Source of the DNA: Macrostomum lignano
Taxonomy: Eukaryota
Assembly (NCBI GenBank): GCA_002269645.1
Contig: NIVC01000421.1
Location: 1-64,000 of the forward strand
DNA: 64,000 nt
Reading direction: 5' to 3'
In this document: piece by piece, positions 21,561 through 33,182 of the stretch
Position numbering within the stretch: position 1 is the stretch's first letter
Layout of the letters: each line of letters begins with the position of its first letter
Program-made: the position numbers and the translations under genes
The notes under the pieces: model-generated
What the model was told of the DNA's origin: nothing
Seen by the model: only the letters and a program-made list of their open reading frames with translations
Databases searched by the model: none

Positions 21561-23139
21561 GTGTGCTAAAGCGAACTATTTACATACTAGGAAATAGCGC
21601 ACAGAATATCCTTCGGCAATAAACCTAAAATATACTATTGAAACGTATCAAAAAAATTATAGTGTGCAGGAACTCTAACTGTGTGGGCAAGATTTTGGGA
21701 CCCGATAGAATTTCGGAAGACGCTCCTTGCTAAGTTAAAAACTACAAAAAAACAAACAATTTTTGAGAAGAGTTATGCCAGATATAAACTTTATTCGACG
21801 TTATTACAATTGTTATTGAATTTAAAACAAAATAAAAAATGCTACATTACTGACTTTGGCATTTACACTTCTAACTGTTCAAAATGATAAAAGTTAAAAA
21901 ATCTGCAAAGCCTTAAAATCTTATTCATCATTGCTATCTAGGATTCGAGAAATTCCCGCAGTTTTAGTTCAAGAAAATCGTTATAGTGCAATAAAATTAC
22001 ATGAATATAGTTCGCCTAAGCGTGTTGAAACGATGAAACGCACGGAAGCCCACCCGCTGCAATTGCCTATGGCTGACTTCAATAAATATAACAACTCGTA
22101 CATATATTGGATAAAAATAGCCTGTATTTTGTTAATCGACTAAATGTTCGACTTTAAGAATATTCAATTCTCTGCGAAATGCTTATTTATCAGTTACTGT
22201 TTTTTCGATTCGCAAAATAAGGAGTTTCGACCATAGACAATTTCTTAGATTTCATTCTTTTTTCTTTTTCCAGAGTGCTGATGTGCAAATGGTGTGCAAA
22301 GGCTAAGCTCCCCATGACCCCGCTGTCTTCTGACTGCCATAGACATTTTCAGCGGGCCGTGAAACCGACAGAATGCATTGGAATAAATGGGATTTTACCA
22401 TAGACAGTCTCAGTGGGCTGTGAAACGCGGTTTTTCGTTTATATTGATATATTGTTACTATGGTTTACCATACTAACAACGCTTCAGTCAAAGATTGATT
22501 GTTTAATGATGATTGAAAATTTTGCCATAGACAATTGATTTTATATGTTCCATAGCGCTTCCTATGGCAGTGTCGATGTCGTTGTCGATGTCTATGGCCA
22601 AAAACCTGCGCAGTCTAGGACGTTTCTGATTCGCTGAGACATCGTTAAACAATCGGCGTTAAACAAAGCTTCAGCGTTAAACAATGCTTCTAGTCGAGTA
22701 TGCTAAACGATAGTGACAATAAGTCTATACATACGGTACTATCGTTGTTTACCTCTAGTACCGTATGTATAATCTCCCATTGTTGCCTTACAAAAGTATG
22801 CTTCTGCTAAATATAACTACGCATAGGAACATCTTTACAAGTGCGCAAGTGATTTAATTGAATTGAGAGAAAAAAAGACAAGTAATAAGAAATGAGGAGA
22901 AAACTCAAACATTTTATCACCATACTGTAAAAACACCGCATAAAAGGGTAAATTGTTTAAAAGTAAAGTCAGATTATATTGCACACGAATCGCGATGTTG
23001 GTACATAAAAAGACAAAAGCAAATAAAAGAAAATGTTTCAGCGATTTTTTCTTTGTGACTAAAGGCATTCAGTAGAAATCAAATAAGCATGTCACACAAA
23101 AATGAAGCCAAAAATCAGATAGAATGAATGCAGAGTTTC

Positions 23140-26100
23140 TTAATAACCAACTTCATGATTTTCGTGGTAGTCCCTCGCTGCTGGGCAGTTTGACAACAAT
23201 AAATTATGAACTTCTTGCAGCCGATTAAGAATTTTAATCTTCTCCTGTGCGTTGCTCTGAGAATAAATATTAAGGCCTTGAAGGAAGTCGTTTCGCCTAA
23301 ACTCTCTGCTCTGTCCAAACGAATTTGGAAGCCTGCATTTACCGTATTTAGAGAAAAAGCAACTGTCGGAGTGACTGTTGAATAACTTCGTCAAGTATTG
23401 GGCGTAACAGCGGATCTCTGTGTCAGATGGCGGACTGGCGATAGGAAATTCACGATCCCGCATTATCACTGCGATTGCTTTCAGGTTGCGAGATCGTTTC
23501 TCCTCCCAATCGGTGAGTGGATCTGTGCACAAGTTTAAACAAAAACAACTTATTGTAATATTAGCGTCAGATGCGCACAGAACAGCAGTAAAATAGCAAC
23601 TTTTTACATTGGCTGGTTAGCTGCCTAAAAAGCGTTAATTAAATACTTTTGTTACGAGTTGCCCCGATCCAAGTCGGGGCGATAGATCTTATACACTAGA
23701 TAAGCCACTCCCCATAATGCATAGAAAATGACACCCAAATGACTCGGGGACGAAATGTTCGCTTGCACTGCTGAAAACGAATCGTCATCAGTAGTCTATG
23801 GACAGAAACGAATAAAAGATATATATTTATTCGCAATAAAATAACGCAGCTAAAATTTTTAGCACAGCAGACGCAAGCTACCTTCCCTCGCTTTGACTCT
23901 GTGTATTTTTTGTTGTTTCTGCCCTTTGTGTACTACTACCAGTATGCTTTACACATATTTAACTAACTCGCGGTCTGCATTGTTGCCTTCCGTATTGCTC
24001 ATTATAAGTCACGGGTTTCTTTAACTTTTATACACAGCATCCACATCTTTTCAAGTTCAATTTGCCTTATATCATTTACGTAATCGTTTAAGCCAACTTC
24101 TTTCAGTTTTCTTTAAAAAATACACTGCTGTCCAACAGCCTTCTGACACAAAAAAATGTATAGACGATTGATTTTTCTCAAACCGCACTCTGCTGATTAT
24201 ACGAGCAATATTGCATAGGTCGTGCAAACGCATCTCAAGTCTTACGCTGACACAGCTGAATAAAAAGGAAATTTAATACTCGTTTCAGCTACTGACAAAT
24301 ATACGCACTAACTACTGAAAACTAGCTGAAATCACCGCTTCTGGGAATGCTTGCCATAGACTCAATGATTTGGCTGGGTGCTACTGAGTGGCCTATCTAG
24401 TGTATATAAATCGATCTTAGGCTGGCCAAATCCAAGTCTGGGCTTGCTTTTCAAGGCCAGACTACCCTAGACTCAGCTTTCTACATACGGCCATTGGTGT
24501 TAAAACAAGATTGCATGTGTAATGAGCAGCTTAGCCGCTGATTAGAGCACATCAAAAGCTAAGCGACTATGTTGATTGTAATATTTCCAGACATTCTGTG
24601 CATCAATTAGGTTTGGATTTACAACAACTAAGAAACGGAACGGTTTAAGATCCGTTTAGACCTTTCTGATTCGTACGACTTGCTTGCATTTTTAAAAAGA
24701 TTCTGTTTAAATAAAACCCTAAAATAAACCGACCGATGGTAAACACCAACGCTAACATTTATGATTATGCAATTAGACCTAGGTATTATTTGCACGCTCT
24801 TCCATGTTAAGTAAAACTGATAGCAAGAGCAAATTTATCTATACTCGTCAAAGTTATAGAGGTTATTTCGCTTCGTTTTACTTTTTTCAGCAACAATAAC
24901 AGATAATACAGAATGGTCTTCAGTTATCTAAAATGATAAATTGAAAATTCGTATGTCTTAAAAAAATAAAATGACTGAGAGTCATAAGCTAAACTTACCC
25001 GTTAAAGATTCAACCAAAAGTACATAATTAGTAATAGGGAAGGCGCCAAAGTCACTCAAATAGTATATATTCTTCTTTCTGTTTACGGCAGTCTAAAATT
25101 CAATTTATATTAACAAAGATTCAGCTATTTTACAATGAGTAGAAACATGAAAAAGAAAAGTACGTAGCTTTGAAAATATTAATTACCAAGAACTTTCGAC
25201 TAAGTTCATTCCACGATTCCAGATCATCATAGAATGAATTACCGTCTCCGTAGTCCTCCGAAATTCGGGCGAAGTACTTTTGAAAAAATGAACGATCTGC
25301 AAGCCTTTCCAAAGCCAAGGACTGGGCGATGTGCCCTTCACTACCAAGCGCTTTTCTATGCTTAAACATTTCTCGAGACAGCGAATGCATTGCGTATGCT
25401 GATCATCTAGCTGCGAGTTATAACGATACATAATACTAAGCATTGTGTAGCAATAAGCCGTCTTGACATCGTATAGATCCAGTAGCTCAAAAATTCTGGC
25501 AGCCTGTCGGAATTTCAAAATCGCGCCATTTAAAGTGTTGTAAGGTGGTCTCTTTGGATTCCTGAAAGCTTGCTGATAGAGTTCGATGCCCACGTGCATG
25601 TGAATCAGAGCATAGAGCTGTGTGTCAACCAGCTCCGCTCTTTGGCACAGGTCATATGCTTGTTGAAGAATGCGAAGTTTATTCGGGTGGTCGCTTACTC
25701 CATAAATTACTTTCAAGTTAAATTTTATCTCGGGTTCTTCTTTGCTGGCTTTAAATTCGTAGGGCTGATCTTTCATCAACTGCAACAGATCTGGAAAGTT
25801 TACTTGAGCTTTATGCAGACAAATCATTAGATCCAATGTCGTGCCACTCAATGCAGAAGACTCGCTACTCACAAAAATACTTTCAGTGAAATCTTCAACG
25901 TCTTTTAGCAACTCAGTTACGCAGAACATTAACTTAGGATTAGTAAAAAATCTTTCTTCAACAGACACAATTTGGTCCAGCCGAAAGAATGCATTAGCTA
26001 GAAAATTTTCGATGACTACTAATGCTGTCCGCTCGCAGTCAACTATGTCAGATTTGATTGTTTCAACAAGACCCTTAGCGTGACTTAAACAATCCAGGGA

Positions 26101-28257
26101 TTTCATCCAAGTGGTCTTTTGAAATGTAAAAATTTTGAGCAGAATATTTCCAGTCCAAGATAAAAATGATGAAAGCGTTAAAAACACTTGCTCTGTCCTA
26201 GAAGGAATGTACCTGGCTGGATATAATTCTGAAGCGCGCATTTTCTGATGCTCCTCTGAGGCTTGCAGAATAAAAATAATGCCTTCGTTCACCAACCAAA
26301 GTGCAACTAGGAAGACCAACATTTTGTGATCTTTGGGGAAACTCAACTCGAAGTCTTCATATGTAATTCTGGCTAAACGACAGACATCCAGCTTTATACC
26401 GAATCCAATATCCAGTAGGTGTGCAGCCTTCTCTTGTTGATGTTTTGCAGAAGACAAAGCTTGAGTATTCAAATAATGGCGAGTAATGCAGAGAATGCAA
26501 AACACCCTGACCGGAATATCTTCGATGTCCTCATACTTGCGTACTAACTTCTTTAAATGCGCAAGCGATTCTAGTCGGTAGCCATCCAAAAAGTCTTTAG
26601 AGTCTTTGATTCTACGTATTATAGTCATCCATGCTGAGCCATCGCTTAAATCAACAGAAGACTCGAGATTGCTTTTCGGTACCATAGCAGCTTGGAGACT
26701 TGAAGCGCTACGCACATTCGAGCGCTCAACTTTAGGCTGTGTTCGTACGCTCTTCTCTAAAAATCTTCTTTTGATGGCTGAATTCTGAAGAATTTAATGG
26801 AAAATGAAGTAGCATGTTACTAAGCAGGTGAATAAACACAAAGTAATGAAAATAACTATTAAAAGTTATGCAAAACTTACAGCTCTGTCGTACAACTCCT
26901 TGCACTTTGCAGAGCTAGTCGAGTCAGAACTCGAATTAGCACCAACGTGAAGAATCTGCAACAAATATGTTGCCGTCACTGTTCCCGACTCCAATGCACA
27001 CTCCAAATGTACAGCTTTCTCAAAGTTCTGAAGAGCCTCTTCCGAAAACGCACCAGCACTATTGACGAGAACTACAGACAGCATTGTGACAGCTGAAGCA
27101 GTGAGAGGATCACTTGTGTAGCCACTTATCAGAACAGAAACGCTTTTCTTTAAACATGACTTAGATAATTCGTACTTCTTTTTCAAAAAATCTCGATTAA
27201 GAGCTTTACTGCTGCAATCAAGTCCGCTCTTCAACGGGCATGTGTCCTCAAAGTGGCTTACTCCTTCGACATAGTCGGCGTAAGCTTTGAAGTACTTGTA
27301 GAGCTTGGTTGATTTCGACAAATCAAAGCGCTTCAGTATCTGCTTTCCTTGTTCAATTAGAACGCGACATTTCTGTGGCAAACGCAACTCTAACAAACAA
27401 GCAGCCATGTTCAGAATGGAAGTGATGGACCACCCGTTAGGAATAATGTCTGAATCGATTCGTCGAATTAAGCTTGCCTTCTGAGGTCGCCGCTCGATTG
27501 CTGCCTCAAAGTACTGGAACGCTTTCACAAGGTACTTGTGTTCGTAAATAGTTTTTTTCATAGCGCAGTTGAACATCAGTCTGCTCATGGTTAACCTCAA
27601 AGAGTTTGCAAGACAAGGGTCGACTGCGACTGCCTTCTGACTGAAGTACTGAGTCGCCAACCAATGGGCAAATCGGCAATAAGACATCCAATCTGGTTTC
27701 TCAAAAGTATTATTGCGCCCAAGTGCAATGTAGCATTTTCCCGCAACGTAATGTGCAGTGATGAATGTTATTGCGCTCTCAAAGTCCTGTCTGTCAGTTG
27801 CCTCATGAAGCTTAGGCTGATTAGCCTCTTCAATTGGGTACTTGTCTGTAAGCGCTTCGGTTTTTAGTTTACTTTGCTCATTTCGAAAGTTCCGGGCAAC
27901 GAGTGCATCCAAATACAATTGGTAAATTGCCATCGTTTGGTATTTACTTCGTCCTTCATCCCCATTCTTGCTCCTAGATTCAATAGCCGCTTTAAGTATT
28001 TCAGAAGAATCAGAATCCGCAAAAATGTTTTCCAAAAAATTCACGTAATAGGTTGTTTTGCTAGTATTTTGTCTTATTTGAAATTCATTTAAAAGCATAA
28101 CGGTTGAAAGAGACAAATCCAAGGCCCTGGAATCCAACCGGCTTAGAGCTTGCTTGTGTCTTTCTTCCCAATATTTTAAAGTCCCGTCATTTGCATAAAC
28201 TTGAAGAAATAGTGCGTCGTCGTCGGAAATAAGTCGATTGCTCGACATAGTAGACAT
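23140..28257 (-). CDS. TPR-like helical-repeat protein, paralog 2 (~1150 aa if one frameshift is corrected)
   Basis: Exons 28257-26881, 26784-25187, 25092-24999 and 23522-23140. A 1-nt deficit falls in a T-run near 25280. Clearly homologous to paralog 1. Confidence 0.78.
23694..24402. mobile_element. Non-autonomous TIR element (709 bp) with CACTAG termini in intron 3 of paralog 2
   Basis: TIRs CACTAGATAAGCCACTC / GAGTGGCCTATCTAGTG (16/17 match), TA on both flanks, and internal GTCTATGG/CCATAGAC subterminal motifs. Confidence 0.82.
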
Positions 28258-28785
28258 GTAAAAAAGAATTTAGTAGACTGGTGTGAACAAAGTTCTTTAA
28301 CAGACTGAAAGTGGGTAATATTTTTTACAAACAAATGATTCCAAATAGACAAGTCTACATTAAGTATTTTCACCAAAGCAAGATTAACAGTAATGTTGAG
28401 TACCAACCACAGATACTAGAATAACTACGAGATGGGCCACTCAGGCATATATACTTAGCAAAATAGCTTTTTACTTTCAGTTCAGTAGCAATGAACAATA
28501 CAAACAGTATTTTATACGAATAAAGGCAGCTGCATGAGATGACTTTGATAAGTTTAGAAGCCAAGCTTGCAGACGTAAACAGCTTGCTAATTATAACAGT
28601 TTAGCTATAATGTACATTAGCCACTGAAATTTACAAGGCATATTTAGGCTGGAACAACCGAAGAAGGTATTAAAAATTGGGTGTCGGGGCAGGAGTAGAG
28701 GTTCTGTGAACATGTGTGGAGTCAATAAAGAAGGCATGTATACTTAGCAAAGAGCCAATAAATAAGCATTGTCTTTAAAAATATA

Positions 28786-29877
28786 CTCAGCAACGGGTCC
28801 ATGAGAATTGCCGCAGACGAATTTCCCGCAGTGCATTTTTCCCGCGAGCGAATTGCCCGCCGAGTTTTTCCCGCCGAGGTTTGCCCGCAATGCTTTTTCC
28901 TGCGGCGCATTTCGCAGCTAGATTCTGTCTCCGATGCCCCCCCCCCCAAAAAAAAATGTACATGAGATATGCAGTTACTCTCAAAACGTTACTCTTTATT
29001 GACTTACTAAGCATTGGGGAGGCAATGCAGACAAAATCTGCCGCGTGGCCAAATGCGCTGTAGGAAAAAAGCATTGCGGGCAAGCATCGGCGGGCAATTC
29101 ACTCGCGGGCAATTCACTCGCGGGCAATTCACTCGCGGGCAATTCACTCGCGGGCAATTCACTCGCGGGCAATTCACTCGCGGGCAATTCACTCGCGGGC
29201 AATTCACTCGCGGGAAATTCACTCGCGGGCAATTCACTCGCGGGAAATTCACTCGCGGGCAATTCACTCGCGGGAAATTCACTCGCGGGCAATTCACTCG
29301 CGGGAAATTCACTCGCGGGCAATTCACTCGCGGGAAATTCACTCGCGGGCAATTCACTCGCGGGAAATTCACTCGCGGGAAATTCACTCGCGGGCAATTC
29401 ACTCGCGGGAAATTCACTCGCGGGCAATTCACTCGCGGGAAATTCACTCGCGGGCAAATCTCGGCGGGCAAATCTCGGCGGGCAAATCTCGGCGGGCAAA
29501 TCTCCACAAGCAATTCGCTCACGGGCAAAATGCACTGCGGGCAAATCTCGGCGGGAAAAGCTCGGCGGGCAATTCGTCTGCTGGCATTTCTCGTGCTCCC
29601 CTCAGCAACATCGAAAAGTCGCCATCACAGAAGATTCCGTCTGTGGTCGCCAATTTTGAAAGTGCAGGTCAAGTTTCTCAATCTTTGCGAGTGACGCGAC
29701 TTAGGTACGCCGCGGCAGACTTGGGTTGAGGTTTGAGGAATGAAGTCGGGGGGAGCGGTATGTGAGGATTGGACGGATTAAAGCGACCCCGATCAGTTTT
29801 TAGTTTTTTAATTTCAGAATAGTCCAAGAGAAATTGCTCACTGGCGCATAAAGTGGCGACTTTTCAACGTTGCTGTG
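28786..29877. mobile_element. TA-TSD MITE (Tc1/mariner-like), interrupted by a MULE-like insertion
   Basis: TIR CTCAGCAAC-ATCGAAAAGTCGCCA / TGGCGACTTTTCAACGTTGCTGTG, flanked by TA. A sister copy lies at 30006-30286. Confidence 0.72.
28795..29600. mobile_element. Mutator/MULE-like MITE with a 15-bp minisatellite expansion
   Basis: 9-bp TSD CTCAGCAAC (28786-28794, 29601-29609), GGG...CCC termini and long imperfect TIRs. (CGCGGG(C/A)AATTCACT)~24 lies at ~29090-29457. Confidence 0.85.
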
Positions 29878-30005
29878 TACTCGTATATATTGAAATATTT
29901 CAGTTTAAATTGCTACTGAACTGAAAGAAGCTCGCACATTAATGGGCTGAGTGGCCCATCTAGTATCTAGTTATTCTAGTATCTGAGGTACCAACAATTT
30001 TTATA

Positions 30006-30286
30006 CTCAGCAACATTGAAAAGTCGCCACCCTTTGCCCCAGTGAACAGTGTGTTTTGACCAGCGTCTACACCTGGCCAACCATTTTGACATAAAAATGT
30101 TTGAACAAAAAATGAAAACCAGGCGGAAGCTTCAATCCATCCAATCTTCGCCCTCCGCTCTTTCCAATCCCTCCTCACCCAGCCCAACTCTGCGTCGCGT
30201 GGCGCAAGTTGCGTCACTCAAAAGTCAATACTGAGCTGGAATTTGCTGCGCACTCTCAAAGGTGACGACTTTTTAATGTTGTTGAG
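30006..30286. mobile_element. ~280-bp MITE, second copy of the 28786-29877 family, with the internal region in the opposite orientation
   Basis: TIRs CTCAGCAACATTGAAAAGTCGCCACC / GGTGACGACTTTTTAATGTTGTTGAG. The interior is a reverse-complement homolog of 29690-29790. Confidence 0.7.
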
Positions 30287-31584
30287 TCTGGCTGACATAA
30301 ACTACGGGTACCAGATGAAGTTCGTCAATAATAAATTAATTCTAGTTCTGTCAATAACTCTAAATGCTAAAATTTTTACAATGTAAATAACGTAAAGCCG
30401 AAAAACTAGTGATGCAGTAAATATGTTGGCATTTAAGTTATTTATTTAGTTTTTTGTCAGTGTGGCAGTCTGCAAGTCTTATGGGTAAAATTAATCATAA
30501 GTGTAAAGAATTCACTTTAGATTGAAAACTATAACGCTTTGATACGAAATGGCAAGCGACAATGATTTATATTGCTATTGTTGAGCACGATACACTGAAG
30601 AGTGTTGTGAAGAGACGGCACGGAGACCTAGGGGTGGATGAGTAAGAGCGGTCAGAATGAAATGTATAGCGAAATAGAAGGGCACACGCAGTGATCAGGG
30701 TAAAACACTTTCTATCAAATACTTTGGAAGGAATAAAGAAATTGTTGTAATTAACTATTTACGACATAGAAGTTCATTAACTAACAACAGATATCGATTA
30801 AAAAATGGTCTCTAGCCAAAAGAATCTGATGTTGCAAAAACAGTAAAATTGAGAATAATATCAGGACAGATTGGAATAGTTTTCCTGGCGCTAAAAATAA
30901 CCGAATAACAAAAAAATGTATAAAATTCAATCATGCGGCTGTTGATTGGCCCATTGGTTTAAGGTAAATAGTTTTAAGAATTAGAATTGAACCAGAGAAA
31001 AATTATTGAAACGATGTAGCAGTTCGCAGTCACTTTACAGCGAATGCGTGCAATCTCCCGGAGTCTGGGGCGTCAAAACACACCCACGTAGTCTTCCCAC
31101 GCGTCTGGACATGATGGTGTGAGCTGCAATCAGCAAGGCGACGGGACGCACGGGCTGGCGTATGGAGGATACGGTATAGGCAGGCATACCCGGGTCGGCG
31201 TCAAGACACGGGTCTTACGATCCCACCGACAACCGAAAGCAAGGCCAGAAAAGAGGCAGTAGTGGGCGCACTGGTCTTCGACCCCGACCGGCTGTCATAT
31301 TTACTAGATATGACAGACATATTATTTGCTAATTTCCGGTGTTAAGTTATGGCAATTGTTAGCAATTTTAAGTCCACGCGAGAGCGAGAGAGAGAAAGAG
31401 AGAGAGCGCGACACTGGAATTCACTAAATAAGCCACAGCGCGCAAGGGGGGCAGGCTGAGAGCGTCTGGACCATGGAGGAAAGAATAGAATGGAGTGCCG
31501 ATCTGAGCCAGTTATTTTTATCTCGCTCGATTTTCGCTTTCAACATCCCTCTCCCCCCGTTCCTTCCTATTGGCTGAAAGCATA

Positions 31585-32489
31585 TGTAGTGATCCGCTAG
31601 TTTGGTGTTAGGCGTCGCAATATTGTCAGCAGCTTCCTTCGCCCTCGCCCCCGCCCAGGGTTGCTGTCTGCCGCTGGTCAGCTTCCCGCCCTTCTGTTGC
31701 TGTCCTTCTGCGTCTCTGTTCTCAGCCCTCAGCTTTTCTGCTGTAGGCTGTCTCTGTTTCGTTCCCGTCCCGTTTTCCTCTGTCTTGTGAGCAAGTCACA
31801 TGACAGATCTTGTGTTCTTGGAGTCTTAAAGTGCAGTAAACATGTTTACTGCACTCGTTGGCCCTGTTTACCGGGAGAATCACGTGCTTTCGGACCCCTC
31901 CCTTCTCTAAGGAGAGGAGTGACTCATGTTGCTAAAAATAGCAACTGAGTCACAGCCGCGTGTACTCTGACCGGAAACCTCAAGTGACGTCAGTTCTAAA
32001 AATAGAACAAGTCACGAGGTCTTGTGCGTGGGTGTTTCCCGGCTATAAATAGGACCCCTCTTCCCTTGTTTCCGTCAAGGAGGCTTCTTATCTGCGGAGA
32101 ATCCACTAAGTTCCCGTGTGCGTCAGTGTCTAACTAAGTGCCCTTTGCGCATATTGAATCTGCTTGTACTGGTCTGACTGAGACCCCACTAAAGCCCAAC
32201 CTTAAGCCTACGAGAGGCTAACTCAGCCCTCCCATACCAACCAAGCCCGGCAGGTGCTGCTGACGAGACGCCTTGTACGTTGAACTGCAAATCTGCACCC
32301 GGTGCTGAGTTCGTTGACTTCGTTATTTTGTTCCGACGGGAAGCTCACCTCATCGAAGGCCGAGACCTGAAGGAACTGGTGGCAGCACTACCTACGCTAC
32401 TGAGAGTTGAGAGAACTTCCCACTGAAGAGGCTCGAGTCTTAAGGTAATCTCAAGTGCCTAACCGGGAAGCAAACAGCGTTCTACTTCA
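31585..32489 (+). mobile_element. Solo LTR (905 bp), probably Gypsy-type
   Basis: TG...CA ends, 4-bp TSD CATA (31581-31584, 32490-32493) and TATAAAT at 32044. Homologous to 34427-35463. Confidence 0.85.
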
Positions 32490-33182
32490 CATATTTTGAT
32501 GCGAGCTCATACTATGCTGGGACAGACCAGCAAATGAAAACGTCTGGGACAGACAGAAAATGAAAACGAGACGAAAAATACTTTGTCTATGGCAGTCACG
32601 AGCTAATAGGAAAGAACGGGGGGAAAGGGATGTCAAAAGTTAAGATCGAGCGAGATAAAAACAACTGGCTCAGATCAGCACTCCATTCCATTCCTTCCTC
32701 CATGGTCTGGACATGACATCGCGGCCACGACACCCACCAGCCAATCATAGCACAGAGCCCGAGAATCAGAGGGAACGCCAATCGCAAACCAGACTTGAGC
32801 CAACTGGCTGAGGCAGATACAAAGGGTTGGTTTACATAAAATAGGGGGAATGAGAAGCGTGGGGTGACTCAGAACGTCTGGAGTACGGAGTGCACTTGCA
32901 CTGCAAGAGTGCGCGACACAACACTCATATTTAAAGAAAAAAATAGCTTAGTAGTAGCGAGTATTTGTTTGTATTCAACATTGCCTTGCGGATTACAGGA
33001 CCCTAATTCAGCCTAAATGATTTATCAGAGTAATAATACGAGCGTATATTCCGAAATAGTCGCAAAATAATATAGTTCAGAACGTGTACGTGATTGTGTT
33101 TTTTAAATGGCAAAATATCATGCAGGTCAGTAAAAACTATACGTTTAAATGTGTACGGAATGACGAGAGGCTAAATGGTCAT

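Larger units (their letters stand above)
28408..29987. mobile_element. hAT-like non-autonomous element hosting nested insertions
   Basis: 8-bp TSD GTACCAAC (28400-28407, 29988-29995). TIRs CACAGATACTAGAATAACTA..GATGGGCCACTCAG and their reverse complement at 29947-29987. Confidence 0.82.

Noticed and set aside
28722-29694. Repetitive ORFs (GQFTR, PASEL, NSLAG, PRVNC)
   Set aside because: All frames are open only because the 15-bp unit lacks stop codons.
31015-31310. HDV-like ribozyme or retroelement 5' end in a GC-rich island
   Set aside because: A P4-like hairpin and CGAA are present on the minus strand, but P1 and P2 pairings could not be built. The identity is unresolved without a covariance-model search.
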